Shown piece by piece: positions 62,376-64,000 of a stretch of DNA of 64,000 nt. Source of the stretch: Tubulanus polymorphus (taxonomy: Eukaryota; Animalia; Nemertea); NCBI RefSeq assembly GCF_964204645.1, contig NC_134027.1, positions 13,672,485 through 13,736,484 of the forward strand, written 5' to 3'. The position numbers were made by a program, and so were the translations under genes. The notes beneath the pieces are model-generated. The model saw only the letters and a program-made list of their open reading frames with translations. It had not been told where the DNA came from and did not search any database. The first letter of the stretch is position 1. Each line of letters opens with the position of its first letter.

Positions 62376-62640
62376 GTACACGTGTAATTGTAAATGAAAA
62401 TACACGTGTATTTCAAGTACACGTGTAAAATTGGCCCAATTTTACACGTGTACTTTATCCCAATTACACGTGTACTTCATCCTTATTACACGTGTACTTC
62501 ATCCAAATTACACGTGTACTTCATCCTTATTACACGTGTTTTTCATCTTGTATTACACGTGTACTTTATCCTAATTACATGTGTATTTCATCCAATATTA
62601 CACGTGTCTTACACGTGTACTTCATGCTAAATACAGGTGT
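62376..62640. repeat. ~22-bp minisatellite built on the palindrome TACACGTGTA
   Basis: About 11 exact CACGTG plus variants. Confidence 0.85.
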
Positions 62641-63059
62641 CTTCAATTGCTATTTTTTGTTGAATTCAAATCAAACCACCATGTGAGGACCATCTCCTTA
62701 ATCCATGTGCTGTTTAGAACTCAAGAGATTCACATTTTCCATACTAACTGATTTATTCATCTTCATAAATTTTATAAATCTTTGAGTAATGGCATGTCTT
62801 ATGTTGGCCTCTTTCGCACCCTTCTCCTTTTGACATTGTTCTGAAATGATAACCATTTGAAAAAAATTAAGCAAAAGTATAAAATGATTTCTTTACCCGG
62901 ATAAATAATTCAACTTCAGCTGCTTGGGATGATGATTGAATTCTGTAGCTTTTTCTAAGAGTCTTCTGCATATAACAGTTAACAGTTTTTGCACTCTTCA
63001 ATGACTTGATTTTAAGCCATATGGTGAAATGCTTGACAATCTGGAAATTTCAATGTTCA

Positions 63060-63872
63060 ACGCCACCTGATGAAAAACAAGGGGTCTAGGGACACCATGC
63101 CCATATGGTTTCGAATGCTAACCAATCAACATAATAAAATAGAAACAGGACATTGAAACTCACCACTATCATAGAACATGTCACAAGCTACAATTTCATA
63201 ATTGATCGATGTTATAAAGTATTCATAGGTACAAAAATAAATTAGACAAATTGTATATAATTCAATATTCAACTCCCCCTGGTGGTGAGAACAAAAACCT
63301 GGGTAACCCCAATTCCACATGAGATGAATACTACAACAGTGGTAACAATTATCAAATATCAAGACTATAAGTCAAAACCTGTTGATATTTTCCTTCAAAA
63401 ACCTTTTTCTATCTACGAATAAGAACTGATGACACTAAGATGGCTGCCAAATGTGTCACGCTTGACTGATCGAAAAATCTGTCTCGTATGTTTTAGATTG
63501 TTAAGAATGTACACCCATTACAAATTTCAAAGAAAAATTGCAAACCATTAGGCAGCTACAAGGCAAAAATGACCTTTTTGGGTACAAAAAAGGTCACATG
63601 ATGGCCATCTTGTGTCAAGATTGAAGTATCTTCAAAATTTCCCTTGAAAACTTCAAAAAATTGCATAAGTGATGATTTTGGGGAACGAAAATGGCCAATG
63701 CAGTTGGCCATCTTGATTCGGAGCAGTTTTGGGCTGGAGACATGGCTAGGATAGATATATGTATAACTTAAATATCAAGAGTATTAAAACTTCCCAAAAT
63801 ACTGGATTCCAACAACAGACGAACAAAGGGTGAATGCAATAGCCCGCTTGGACTAAAGTCTCAAATGGACTA
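63060..63872 (-). mobile_element. HINE family B, antisense, diverged
   Basis: Reverse complement of the family B start (gcaatagcccgcttggact..) and of its tandem units. Confidence 0.7.
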
Positions 63873-64000
63873 AAGCTGGGGACACATTAGGCAATTTCGT
63901 CGAGCACTTATGTTGTGCAACGAAATCGTCAGTAAAATCACCTAATTTGTCAGGGTCTGCGCCGACTGAATCGCCCGAATCCAACACGTCCTTCGACTGA

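Noticed and set aside
62376-62640. CRISPR-like or iteron array
   Set aside because: Eukaryotic intron; the inter-repeat segments are short and similar to each other, and there are no cas genes
493-63362. Remaining short ORFs in the track as independent genes
   Set aside because: They lie in repeats or antisense to exons, many have non-ATG starts, and none shows a domain or splice support

Overview
AT-rich animal (probably invertebrate) genomic DNA, not prokaryotic. The window lies inside one + strand gene, a CELSR/Flamingo adhesion GPCR. I reconstructed 15 GT-AG exons (179-61314, 2429 nt) that join in phase and encode EGF, laminin-EGF, HRM, GAIN/GPS, the full 7TM and the start of the C-tail. 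Introns make up about 96% of the window and hold nested mobile DNA: six families of Helentron-associated (HINE/DINE-like) elements, and MITEs with TA, TWA, TTAA, 5-bp and 6-bp TSDs. There are also two decayed BEL/Pao LTR elements, L2/CR1-type LINE pieces and Penelope-like elements with hammerhead ribozyme motifs. Two structures stand out. One is a 6.4-kb ISL2EU-like transposon with ~0.5-kb TIRs and convergent ORFs. The other is a foldback carrying two outward-facing U3-A8 hammerhead motifs. All calls were made by eye, and repeat boundaries can be off by a few bases.
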